From Tubulanus polymorphus (taxonomy: Eukaryota > Animalia > Nemertea): a stretch of 64,000 nucleotides of DNA. The stretch covers positions 30,546,299 to 30,610,298 of the forward strand of contig NC_134025.1 of assembly GCF_964204645.1 (NCBI RefSeq), in the 5' to 3' direction. A model generated the notes under the pieces. It was given only the letters and a program-made list of their open reading frames with translations. It was not told where the DNA came from and made no database searches. Made by a program: the position numbers and the translations under genes. Position 1 is the stretch's first letter. Every line of letters starts with the position of its first letter. Shown in pieces: positions 1 through 16,500 of the stretch.

Positions 1-225
1 CGAGCAACAAAAAGAAACCATCAAATTAAAAAAAACAAAAACACTATCTTATTCCCATGAAAATAGATGTTTTTATTTTTTTTTCTTGTAAAAATACATC
101 ACTGCATGGCAGTAATGATTACACAATATAAATGACCACATATGAATGAGCTGACAAAAAAATTGAATATCCGTTCAAATATTAGAAGTTAACGCTTTAT
201 AGGGACAAAATACAACCAATAGTCT

Positions 226-330
226 GGATCCAGTTCTATAGTTTTGAGTTAAGTCTTGAAAAAAGATAACTTCATTTTCAATGAATTTGCTCCGAGACAA
301 ATCTTAACTTAGAACCGTGGAACTGGTTTC
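226..330. mobile_element. Palindromic MITE family copy
   Basis: GGATCCAGTTCTATAGTT...AACCGTGGAACTGGTTTC inverted ends with internal TTCATTTTCAATG core. Confidence 0.7.
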
Positions 331-1064
331 TGGAAGATGTTGTTAAGTTCATCGCTCTACAAACCAAAAATATGTTCGGTCAATTTCTGATCTACCCAAG
401 AGATGAACGCCAATAGTGTTTTAAGAGTATTAGAGGTATTTTTGTCAATATTACTACATAATTATCTATCCATTAAATTCACCAACACCTAAACCGAAAC
501 AAAACGACACAATTCCGGAATTTTACAACACAAAAACTGTAGGAAAAACCTGAACAAATTGCAAGTAGATAAACAGTTTTGATACATGTAAAATATCAGG
601 AATGTTTTATGGAAATAAATGAATAATTTTTTCACACTAAAATTACAATAAACGTCTGAATTTACGACCGACTGTCGTATAATTTACTTAATTTAAATAA
701 ATCAAATTGAATTAATGTCATAAAAACAAAAAATAGCAATGAATTTGTGGAGCAACGTTTTCCAACAGCAGGTAAATACATACTTTATAAAATGCACTCT
801 TGGAAGACAATTTTGACTTTGATTTTGCCTTGCTTTACTAGAACTAATCTGGGGCCAATTTATTATATGGATTTATTGCAGTTTAGAATGATTAATTTAG
901 AGACAAGGTTTCATTACCGGTACGTATTTGTTTGCACACAGTTTATTTGTCAAAATGACTAGAAATATTGGACCACTTGTAAAAATCACTGACAAACATT
1001 CATCATTATTGAAACAGTTGAAGTAAAAGGATGGTTGAGGAGTTCTAAGGAGTAATAAGTAAGT

Positions 1065-1279
1065 TTAAGGAGTGGCTGCTGCTGCTGCTTGCTCCTCGGG
1101 AATTTTTTCCGACGAAACTTCCTGGCCTTTTTTCTGCGCAGCTTTGAATTCCGGGTAATCGATGAAACCATCGTCATTTTTATCCTCCTCTTGTAAAACG
1201 CTGTCCACGAGTTCAGAAAGTTCGTTGTCTGTGTATGATTTTGTATCTTGATTTTCACTCGATGAACTACGATCTGCAT
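1065..1279 (-). CDS. MCFD2: MCFD2 alternative terminal exon C (distal, most canonical EF-hand 2)
   Basis: Acceptor ttcag, phase 1. Encodes ADRSSSSENQDTKSYTDNELSELVDSVLQEEDKNDDGFIDYPEFKAAQKKGQEVSSEKIPEEQAAAAATP*. Minus-strand AATAAA at 859-864 and 942-947. Confidence 0.88.
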
Positions 1280-3135
1280 CTGAATAAATTGAAACAAAAT
1301 CAATTAATTCCTGAATCTACGAGATTCCTATCTCTTCGTGAAAATGATCAGAAAATTCACCACCTTCACCTGTGGTTCACACATCCAACACCCCCCCTGA
1401 GAGTCTGCATGAGAGGACTCATCCCTCCCGGCAGACACCTTAATCACCTCATTTGATCCACACATCAAAAAATATTATTTACAAATCCCAATTTCCAACA
1501 TGAATAAATAAACACACATGAACCGGTCAAACTAGATATGCAATAGTACAAACAGGGTCAACTCTAGTGAGATACGGCAGGGTTTAAGGACAAACACAGC
1601 AAAATACCTTCAATATATGCTGATATATATGTGATACATTAATCACCAATCCACTAACGTACAAACATAGTATTAATATAATTAGCTAAATATAAATCAG
1701 TTAAAGCTTGTTATAGTTGAATTGATAACAATATTACTATTGATCTAAGTATTTTTTGCAGCCTCTGCATTCTTCACGGTTTCCATATAATGTTTATATT
1801 CAGCATAGATTATAAATCCATCATCGTCCCTGTCGCCTCTTCCTAGAATCTCATCCACCGTTTTAGTCAGTTCATCATCAGACGTATCGTTGCCTAGTGA
1901 TAGGATAATATCAACAATGACTGCCTTGATTGAGGTTTTTCATTCTGGGGGTAATTTTGCCGCAAAAAATAAATACATCAAAGATTTCAGGAGTTTCAAT
2001 CATTAAAACATGATCCACTTTTTCTCTGGTGGGTGGTTTATACATATCAGAGAATCAAAAATTTTCCAATCAGATTATAAGATATCTTTAATGGGGCTCT
2101 TTCTTTTCAAGAGATTCTTCGAGCTACTCATCACCAATGAGAACAACAAGACACCAAAAAATCAAATTCCCTGATGTTCAAAAAATGAGTCCCTGTCAGT
2201 AAGAACTGTGCTCTCATTGAGCGTGGTGCTGAAAATAAATGACATACATGTCAATCTGAAAATGAAACAGTGACCTGTGAATTCATGCATTCTGTGTGTT
2301 TGTTTCCGGTGCAAAAACTTCATCACCACAAATAACTGTAAACGTATTTTACCACGATTCTACTATGAAGCTTCTTTTTGTTTTTTAAGATATCTTTTGT
2401 ACTCTATATAAGAAGCACATCCGTCGTCATCAGTGTCAATATAGTTCAAAATTTCATCGACCATTCCTATCAAAGTGCCTTCATTTGAATTCTCCGGTGA
2501 AGCTAAGATTTATCAGAAATCATTTTACAAATCTGGTTTTTAATGAATCCCTTGGAACCAGTTTAATTATATAGAGTTGAAATTATAGGTGAATTTCTAA
2601 CGTTTCTAACACTAATATATTTATCATTATCATCACTTAATATTGATATTATTAATTATGATTAGATTCCAAAGACAAAACCAAAAATTGAGGAAGATCT
2701 GACGTACTGTATGTCCTACCATACTTACTGTAATGAGTAATAGCTTTTACAATTTCTAATCCGTCCAATTTATTATCATTGTCATAATCGTGAAGTTTGA
2801 AATAATGAAATTCTAATTCTTCATTGGTCATTTCAGCAGGGTCCTTTTTCACAACTCCATCTAAATGATCTTTTATATGTCTGAAAAATATGAACGATAG
2901 AAAAATAGAATTAAATCCCTCCGAAGTTTGACATGTTGACATGTAATAAAAGAAAAGATTGAAATTGTTTGGTATCTCATACTAACTCTTTGTCATGTAC
3001 ATGTGCTGTATCCATAGGATTCTGTATACCCTGCCCAGCATCACCGTGCCCGTGTGGCCCGTGACACTTTACAACTACTATCAATAACACAAATAGTAAC
3101 GATAATACTTGAATATATAGACTTGAATAAGCCAT
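1065..3135 (-). CDS. MCFD2: Multiple coagulation factor deficiency protein 2 homolog (ER-lumenal two-EF-hand cargo-receptor partner). Coding exons 3135-2987 and 2880-2729, then one of three alternative last exons (2502-2363, 1893-1745 or 1279-1065)
   Basis: Signal peptide MAYSSLYIQVLSLLFVLLIVVVKC, then HDKEHIKDHLDG...ELEFHYFKLHDYDNDNKLDGLEI (EF-hand 1), the characteristic MCFD2 motif. All junctions are GT-AG and in phase. Confidence 0.93.
1745..1893 (-). CDS. MCFD2: MCFD2 alternative terminal exon B
   Basis: Acceptor cactag, phase 1. Encodes NDTSDDELTKTVDEILGRGDRDDDGFIIYAEYKHYMETVKNAEAAKNT*. Confidence 0.78.
2363..2502 (-). CDS. MCFD2: MCFD2 alternative terminal exon A (proximal)
   Basis: Acceptor tcttag, phase 1. 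Encodes SPENSNEGTLIGMVDEILNYIDTDDDGCASYIEYKRYLKKQKEAS*. Minus-strand ATTAAA at 2087-2092. Confidence 0.75.
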
Positions 3136-3648
3136 CTGGAAAAAATAAAAACATATGTTACAGTTGTCTACGTAACACAGGCAGTTTACGTAAGTGAGGG
3201 GCTGCGGGAGTGAGAGTGAATCCGGATGGAAGGAGCCAGGAAGGCAAGTTGAATAGAGACGACAGCTTCATTCATCATCTTGCGACTGGTTGCAGAGAAG
3301 GTGACGATGGTAGATTTGTTTATTAATAATGCTGATTAAAGAATATCATGCTCAAATTACCTCACTGTAGTTATGTGCAGTTGACCGTGTAGAATATCGA
3401 TGGTAACAGCCGGTTAAATGTCCAGCTGTTTTATTACTACTGGAGCCAGATCAATCAAATCTTTTATTGCAATCAAGTATATATATCGCGAAAACCTATC
3501 GACTGAAATGTTCATATATTATTTGATATTTCATTTGAAGTCGCATAAGATTTATTACAAATTTTTGCATAAGTATAAATTCTAAAAATTAAAATCATTA
3601 ATTGAGTTGGTACAGTGATTGTATTAGCAGGAATTCAATGATTTCAAT

Positions 3649-3868
3649 GGGCTGGCCTTTTCAGTGATTAGTTTGTGTCGGTGCTGTGCCACGACACACC
3701 TGATTGCCAGGGTCGGCGTCGATCGATCGGTTTCGAGTCCCGACAATCCGGCGGACGACACGTTTGCCGAGTAGACTAAATTGCCACCAGTCTGGAATTG
3801 ACTCGCCTCGTTAGCGGATCACGTTCGAATCCCATATAATCCGCCGTACCGCAGGAACTTTTTTTTTC
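3649..3868 (+). ncRNA. Candidate structured, possibly Pol III-transcribed RNA or SINE-like element
   Basis: GC-rich island with consecutive hairpins (TGTGTC/GACACA, GTCGG/CCGAC, CGGCGGACG/CGTTTGCCG, AGACT/AGTCT, GCGGAT/ATCCGC). Contains B-box-like GTTCGAATCC and ends in an oligo-T run at about 3859-3867. Confidence 0.35.
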
Positions 3869-3966
3869 ATGTTAATTGTACCGCAAAAACAAATAAATAA
3901 CGGTTATAATTTAAATATTTACACTTTATTCACAATAAACATACATCATTGCCACTATTTATATCG

Positions 3967-7269
<3,303 letters not shown>

Positions 7270-7587
7270 TGTTATTGATTCTCCACACACTCGCTTGCCA
7301 GTGGCGGATTCTGGTTCCCACTCTGCGGGCTGCGCCGGGCAGCTGGCACTTAAATTCATATTCAAATCAATGTCCATCAATTTCCGAGAAGCGATCAATA
7401 TATGAACGAATTGAGTAAAACAAGACAAAATAATAAATGTATAAATGATAGTTTATTCAATTATAAAGATGTAACAATAAGAAATGCACTCTCAGAGAGT
7501 ATTAATTATGAACACTGTTCAGACATTTTATTCTAGAAATTTGTTTGCATTGAGTTTTAGAGATTTATTTCAAAATCTCCTGTTTTA

Positions 7588-10500
7588 TTACAAGTACGCC
7601 TGCCATCCTGGAAACAATCTACACAGATTTTTCACATCCATAGATTCTTGTATTAGCAAGTTCACTTGGCCTTCAATACTGAGTTGAATTCCTTCCTCAA
7701 TTCCTTGCAGTTTCTGTTGCAACCTCAATAAAACGCGTTCAGACATCTTATTCACGTCTTGATTTCCAATTGCTAAAAAGTTATTTAGAAGAAATACAAA
7801 TTCATGAGCTTCAATTGCATGTACTGTTTTTACGATTGTTTTGTCTTTGAAGGTCTCATAATTGCTGCAATAATGTTCATACGTAGACTTACTTTTTGGT
7901 TTAGTCGTATCAGCAACATCAAGAAGATCTCTGGTCGTATTCAAAGTTGTATCATCCACTTGTTCTTTCTGACATTGTAACTGGACCGCTTTATGCGGAG
8001 ATATAGTCCATGTATAGATTGGATCATACAGCAAAACTTCCACTATTGTTAACAATGCTTCTTTGTTCTGGTGCATAACAAGCATTGTCTTTTCACAGCA
8101 CCTAAAAACGGAAAACAGTCGCTTAGTTCAGGACCAAGTCACAAATTGAAGCGGGGGTCTGGGGTCCTCGGGATGTTTCGGCAGAAAGATTGACTTACCT
8201 TCTAAATACCCCTTCAGGACCAGCAACACCCATCCCATCTACTATATCTCTCGTCAAACGGAATGGCACCGTCTCCGGAGTGGGAAGAATCTTTCCTTGT
8301 TCAAATGCAACTCCTTAAATTGAATAATATGAAAAATATCATTAATATTCGTTCAATATTTCATCATTACCAGTAGTTATTGTCTAAATACCTAGATCAA
8401 TGTGAACCAGTTCAGCAGTATTACAATCTACGAGGATGTTCTGCATATGTCTGTCGCCCAAACCCAGAATATATCCAACTAAAATACAATAGAAATATAC
8501 ATGATTGTTGGAGGACTTTTGATCCGAAATTCTACTTTCGAATCTTATTGAAATAATAAAGATATCAATTTAACTATAATTCAGGCATCCAGTTCTTTTT
8601 CTTCAACCCTTGTATCAAATATAAGTGAAGAAGAACTATGGAATTAGATCCTTGCTTACCTATAGAGTTTGTAGCTACAGATCTGGTATACGCTAAACGT
8701 TTTTCATACCAATGAGCTGGATCTGGAAATTTCTCCAGGAAGAAATGACGGAAAACTGGTTTGAAATGTTTACACACTTCTAAATATGCTTCGAGAATTC
8801 CATCGAAACCTTTGACAGAATGAGCCGCCTGTAATTACCAGTACAAACAATATTGAGAATACTCGGAACTACTGATGAATGACCGAAATTTCTACATATT
8901 TGTGAAAACTAACCGTCATAGTATTTCTACATTTATCCGATGTCCAATCTTTCGGCTCGTAACGGATATGAGCACCAGAATTACCGATCAGATAATTACC
9001 CATCGGAATCGTTCCTTCGCACCATTCTAAAATACCACATCTCTGAGACATCGGAATTACCTTCAAAACATTCATAAATCCATAACACAATAGATGAGTT
9101 TCAGGAGATTAATGAAAGTTTTGTCCGAGAGCCATTCAGGTTATTATCAGTAGATTTGAGGTTTCTTTCACTCTTTTATGAAGAAAGGGGGGCCACTACT
9201 GGATTAACAAGTGATCACTCGGCTACTGCACCTAGGAATAAATCTATCATCTTTTACCTTATAAGTTCGAATCAATAGATTTCGTTTTCTAGTTTCTGGT
9301 TCTTTGTGTAGTAAGGTGTTCACCATTCCAAACACTTGTTGCATTACTGCATCTTGACGTAAATCATCTTTTCCCTAAAAACATTCACACAACCATTTAC
9401 TCGAATACCAAAAACCTTTAATCTATCAGTATCTGGTTTGTAGCTTAGATTCATCAACAGAGAATTTCACAAACCACATGATACTTGTATCAGCGCTTAT
9501 CTCAGTTTACAAAGCTTAACACCAATGATAAGGTCAGTCCTTACAGTATATAAGGCCTAAACACAACAATTTCTCGTTACACCATGGAGTTTTACACAAA
9601 CCTTGACTAATTGTTTGCAGTTTTTACCATCGGACCCGATACATGTGATTATCTTAGGTAGATTTATTCCTCCAGCGAGATTGAATTGAGTATGAAATCC
9701 AGTCACATAGACTATGTTCTCATACTGACATGTCGGATCAATCTGAAAATCATAACAAACACTCTTACAATTCCATCAGATTCCTGAGTAAAAGCGAAAA
9801 ACTAGACACTTGTAAAACTTACAGCTAACTCCTTCGTTGGTACTGCTACATTTGTCAATTCTTTGAGCTGCCGCAATAAGATATTCGCAGGTAAATTAAT
9901 AGGGCCTGAAAATATATTCAATATCCTCAGTTTTCTATCAATTTATTCTGTTATGATTCAACGTAGACTCGAAGACTTACTTTTTTGTTTGCTGTACTTT
10001 TTAACGTTAATATTAGCAAGTTCTATATAAGCCAAACATAGTTTTTCAATGTCAGAAAGTATATGCGCGCACCGAGACTGACGAAGTTCTGTAACCATTT
10101 TCTGAGCAGCAAGAACTCGATCCTACAAAACAAAATCACGTTACACAAGCAACAGATATCACTGAACACACAAAAACCAGGGATAATCTATGATATACCT
10201 CTTTCTCCGAGGGTGCACTTTCTTTCAGAAATTCAGCATCTTTTTTGGCATGAGCGAGAGCTATGATAACGTACAGAGTATGATGAGGATGACTGATAGC
10301 TGTCTGTTTAATTATCTGTGATAGAGAAATTATAATCATCAAAAGACATTTATAACCACGAAAAAAGTCAAAACTTAAATTTCTGGTTTAACAAGCTATT
10401 GGTTACTTAATGTTTTCAATGAGGACAAGACAAGTTTGAACTTTTTCCAGACCCAGGCACAATATCTAGAGTTGTAGGGCAACACTGAACTCAACATTCA

Positions 10501-13500
10501 ACTCAGGGAGCTATATGACTCAGGACTGTCAAATTGTGATCCAAAACATTAGAACTGAATCCTGAATCAACCCAGTTCAACATTTCTGAGTTAAGATCAA
10601 ACCCTGGGTAAATATAGTTCATTTTCATTTACGTTAACACTATGGATCTAACCCTCAGGTCATGAAGGCTCTGGGGGTCCGGATGATAGAACATCTTTAG
10701 TTTAATGATAGGGGAAAATACCTTCTGAAGAATAGTTTGACAATCGTCCATATTTTGACTCATACGAGCCGCTAACTGATACATCAACGGTAAAAACTTG
10801 TGACTTTGAATTGTGTCTGCCGCAGTTTTCATCGCCGTGGTAACATCGTTCTGACTCGGATTGTCGAACCACAATGAAACCAAACGAAAAACTCTTAGAT
10901 CATTTTTATCTCCGTGTTGCAAGCATCGTAGATAGTTCTGTACAGCGCGTATGAGGAATTTCTCTTTATCAACGAGAAGTGATTTCATTTCTTGAGCGTC
11001 TAATACACTTTGTTTCTGCAGAATTTTGGCATAACGACTGAAAAATACCAAATGTCTGTAAATTGAAGTCTTAACGATCAGAAAGAGGAAGAATGTTGTC
11101 CAGGCCGAGGATTGATACTAGTTTAATCGTTATCATAAATTCTCTCAGTTACCTTTGATCTTTCATATCGGAAAGTTTTTTCAGATGAGCTTTTGACTCT
11201 TCTATCATAGCTCGCTTAGCTTCATATGTACTTGATTTCATATAGTTGACTATATTCTGATATTGCACATCTGCGTAACGCCCTAGAGACAGGAATGCAT
11301 TCATAGCGCGATCACTTAACTGACCATCAGCGGACAGAATTGATACGGCCTATAAACAAATTCATACAATCAGTTCAGGAGTAAAATATAAACTGAGGAG
11401 GCTCCTGGATCTCGGGGTTTTTTCAAAATTCATTTTTGTACCTTCTCGAGATATTTTTCCATAACAGTGTTTGGGCTTTCAGAGTGTGACTCGGCCAACC
11501 AATTACCATAGATAACAAGAGCATCGGCATGTGTGTTAGCTAAACTACTATCAGAAACAACTGCCTGTAAAACATAACTAGACACATTCAAAAACTTGCA
11601 GCTCAATGCACAACATACAGGGACCAAGTTTCATAATTCTTATTTAGAATTTGAATATAAATCAAAAACATTAGAAACAACTGTAGAGTCAAACTGAATT
11701 GTGGAACTGGGTCCAGTATGGAACACATCAACTTTACTATACATAACCTGTTTCAATAAGTTCAGTGCTGAATGAAGTAACGATTTAGCGACGTTTTGTT
11801 CGCCTTGAGACCAGTAAACTTTAGCTTCCTCAATCTTCACCTCCCAGCTTATTTCTGGTTGTTCCAATTGTTTCAATTGATGTAAAGCTTGTGCGGCCAC
11901 CTGTCAATCAAATTATACCACCTGAGTATTCTACAAATTCTGCCCTTTTTTTCACTTCTAATTCTCAGAGTTTTTACCTGATGATGCCCGGATTTCCTGG
12001 CAATTCGAACTTGTCGTAGTAAATGAGAAGTCAAAGCCTCGTAAACTGTGTGATCTTTTCTGACGTCGTGAAGTAAACTTAACAGCGAACTTTGACAGAG
12101 CATTACAGAATCATGTAACTCAAAATCATCCTGCAGGTACGACATCTGGTCATTCCATTTATTCTGAACTTTGCTGAAGATCTCTCGTCTGCAAATGAAA
12201 CCAAGAATTGAAAACAATATTTCTAAGAAAGAGGCCAGCCATTCATGATGTACTTGGAAGTGTTCAAAATGTAACAAGTTTTCAACCTCCGTGTATGCAA
12301 TTTTAAGCATTGCTTTAATGTGTTTGTACTTATGGACCTACTCATACATAATTGGAATGTAAAACTAACCTGAATACAACATTACTGATGTCTTCAATAT
12401 GATTTAAACATTGTAACTTGCTCAATACATGTGAAATATTACGAACACTTTCAGTACTACAACTACTCAATTCACTGACAATTTGAGACCTTTTAAATAA
12501 ACAGAATAGAATTAAACATAATATGATTCAGTATCACGAATACAGTGTCTATAGTGTGTGTGTGTGTAGAGTACCTGGCTATCTGAAGAGCGGTTGTATG
12601 CAAAATCTCATCTTTATCCCTTAAACCACAAAAACTGCTATAAACAGCTTGATTATACGGACAATCAACTTCTAATCTATAAATAGTAAACAAAATATTT
12701 CATCAAATGGGTATCAATCAACAACATAGAATATGATATCGACTTACCTTGTAGGAGAAGGAAGGTCCCAGTTCGCAGTTTTCCAAGCAATTTCATATTG
12801 GAATTCCTGTATTTCTTGAGTTTCTGACAGCCCTTGTCGATACAGACCTTCTAAATATGTATTCAAGATGTGTCCGGTTCCGAAAGTTTGTAAAGCCTAC
12901 AAATAATGTTACAAATATAGCTTCCTTAAAGTTGAGTTTATAAATTCTATGATAAACGAACTTACATGAAGTAATCCAACTTGTACAGACATTCTTGGTG
13001 TATCCATTTCCATATCATAAGCAGTGACCGCTTTATGCCATTGGTTCTCTTGTTCATAGGTCTGAATTCTGAGCGAAAATCTCAATCTTTAGTATATAAT
13101 GTTGTCATTTTTGCAGGAGTTTTAAGTTTATGATTTCAATGTGTACCTGGAGAATGAGTTAACTAAACGTCCCGAGCAGAAACAGTAAACACCGTCTGGA
13201 TCACCGATACTGCGATACGCTTCTACTAGTAGAGACTGCAGTTCAGTTTGATAATCTTCACAAAGGGAACTCAACTCGGAGGTTTGACTGTTTGAACTTG
13301 AAGCTTGACTGTTTTCAGATAAATTCCTAAAAAATGTTCATTGAGTTAAGTTTCACTTGAGTCAAAATTAGTTTGATTCCAATTTCTCAAATTCTGGAAC
13401 TCAGTACTGTAAAACTGGGTCCAGCTCGACAAATACCTTTGGACAGTGCACCAAATTTCAGCATACAAAACAGTTGAGAAATGTTTTCCACATGTTTTTG

Positions 13501-16500
13501 CTGCCTTCGCTATTAACAGATAATCCAAATCGAGCCAGAAATTATTCTGCCAAACAGATGTTGCTTGTCGCCTGTGTTTCAAATAAATCATCTCAAAAAG
13601 TTTAAATTACACTAATGATGAGGAGGTTTTTGAGGATTTTATTATAGAATATCAGAATCTTACCCTCGCTTAGGAATATCTTGCATTCGTAAATACTGAA
13701 CTACATTGAGCAGAATCTCTACTGATTTCTGGTTCTTACAGATTGATTTTTCATCCAAGCCTTCAAAATTATGAAATTAAGAATATTATCATCGAAATCA
13801 CAACTTAATACACTGACTGCATGCTGAGGTTATTAATACCTGTGTCAACACAAGGAGTGGTTGCTCTGCTGCATGCCTGCTCCACAAATCCACAATGTTT
13901 CGAGAAGAATGAATTCATACATTGCGATAAAACATCTTTATATTCATCGATGTCTTGAAGCAGAAGATCATGAATTAAATACGGAAGCAACATTTGACAG
14001 AATGAGACCTGAAATAAGAAGGGAGAAGAGATTAGTGACATTTAAACTCAATTCTATGAACTATTTTCAAAACTGTATCCGTCTTCATAATTGTGGATTT
14101 AGGCAGTCTACAGAAACCAACTAGAAGGGAGATGATTTATCTATGATCCACATAAACTAGTTCTCACGCTGAAAGTCGTGATAGTTACCTGGACCTGACA
14201 GACAGGTTTTAATAGCTGCAATACCTCATCCTTAATCAACCCACTATCGATAAGAGCGCATACAAGATTCATAATCCATTCTTCATGACTGCTGAATGAA
14301 GGCATCCACAACGTTTCCTTACTAATACTCTGCAGTCCGTTACTCTTCAAATTCTTACCGACAGTATTCTTCTGTTTAGTCATCTAAAATCAGATGAATG
14401 AAACCCAATTCACACCTGAGTTAATACTCCTACACTTGGAAATGAACTGATTTTAACTCATAGCTGTGGAACTGGGTAAGAATAAGTGAAACGAACCTTT
14501 TTCTTATTTGCCCGGAATGGATGTAAGAACATAAACAGATGATCCGATAAATGACTCTCATATTCGGATACAAACTGATTGTTTATGTGAGGAATTGCTA
14601 ACAGTTCCTTCAATACTCGAGATGAAGCTGTAACTGTTTCAATACTGAAGAAAAGACAATGTTACAATCTTCAGAACTTTCTACTTCAAAACTCAATCAT
14701 TGATTTAACTGCAATGATGAACTAACTCACCAGGAATGAATCAAATAATCATTGAGAGTATGAAATATTTCTATATTTCGTTTTAACTCGTAATTATCAG
14801 CGTAAACTTTCAGAGCGACGTCGAGGTGAGGGTTCGCGACGCGTGTTGATATATTGAACGACGTTGCCGTTAGATTCACGGGTCCTATTTCACCGAGACA
14901 CTGTACAGCATTCAGTCGAATTGACTCTGATTTAGAGTTCGTCAGATGCACCAAAACAGACACGAGTTCAATAAGGTCATTACTGCCTCCTGCTGTTAAA
15001 CAAATCAGAATTTAATTAATCACAAATATTGAAATAAGAATTGTAAACAATATTCATGTATGATTCTTACTGGAACATCTGTTTGTTAGTCTAGTTATAT
15101 TCTGTTTATCACCAGCAAGTTCTTTATATAGTAAAACAAGACAATGATCCAGTCCATCAGCCAGGTCGTCGTGGTAACATTTTGACATTAGTATGTTGTG
15201 TGCGAGCTACAAAATGAAAAATATCCATTCATTTATTGAAAAGAACTGAATATGGAGCAAGGGTTATAATCGATGGTCAAAGCACTGGCACCATTCTGTG
15301 TACGGATACCCGCGTATGTATCTGACCAAATCATAAAACAGAAAGGTCCGAACAGTTTGAACTCCCGGAACACTGAACTAACCTGTTCTAATGAAGAAGC
15401 CATTGGATGTTGATGTTCTCTGTGAATTCTACGCAATTCATCAAATTCTTTACAATCATGAAATGGATACAATACAGCGACAGGTTCCGATAGAATCGTT
15501 TCATTCTCAATCACTAGAAACTTCAACAAATCCAAACTCTAAAAATAAAATGCCAACAATAGTTTTTTTCATTTCTAGTTTTGATGGATGATTTTAATGT
15601 GAATGGATCCACATATTTTACCTTTTGATATACAACGGATTTTTTCTGCACTAAAGGCATGAGACAGTTCACAACACTGGGCATAATTTCACCGAAATCC
15701 TGGAAATATTGATGAATTCATAGTCCTGATTAATAGTATAGTACTTTTTGAAGCAAGGGCTACTTGAAATGTTGAACTGGGTTCAGTACCTCAGATGAGT
15801 TCTTTACGCCAGCTTCACAAACAGCACGTAACAAATCACAAGCTTTATCTAATACAGCAGTCGCAAATATACATTTCAGATCTTTCCTATCGAGTAAAAT
15901 AATCGAAATCATAAAATAACATAGAATTCACATTCAAATTTCCGATGAGTATGGTCCAGTTTTATGAAAGAGTGATAATCCAAGTCTTTATTTTGGTTTC
16001 TTCATATTTGACAATCATTTTAAGCGTTAACTGTTTCACTGGTTGAAGAGTTGTGGCTTAGGCTCGAATCAAAATAAGCTCATTTCCAATTTAGACAAAT
16101 CTGAACCCCGAAAAAATGTACCGGGGTAGATGGAACTGTAACGGTATTTACCTATGAGTATCGGTGATAATTGAGATGAGAGTAAAGATGACATCACGCA
16201 TGATGAAACACCAGCTTCCACTGAGATTAGACACGGTTTCATTCAATAATAAACTCATAAATAATCCATACATCAATAATATACGATACTTCTCCGATAT
16301 ATGAGCACATTTTACTATGTGAATATGCAGCGATAATAACACATTTTCAATTCCATCCTGAAAGACAAAAATTACAAATCAATTACACTTAATTCACTGA
16401 AAATCACTTGGAAATGTGATAAAGTAATTGATATTGTACAGAAGTTCCGCAATAAGAATATGAAATTTTTATTTGCCAATTCATTTCAATACAATGTCAA

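Noticed and set aside
986-1303. Basic 105-aa ORF from the ORF track
   Set aside because: Wrong frame; the real coding frame here is MCFD2 terminal exon C.
3805-3845. tRNA suggested by GTTCGAATCCC
   Set aside because: No T-stem, anticodon arm or acceptor stem can be formed.
7384-7395. ATCGCTTCTCGG on the minus strand, identical to the U2 snRNA 5' end
   Set aside because: The match stops after 12 nt, with no branch-pairing region or Sm site.
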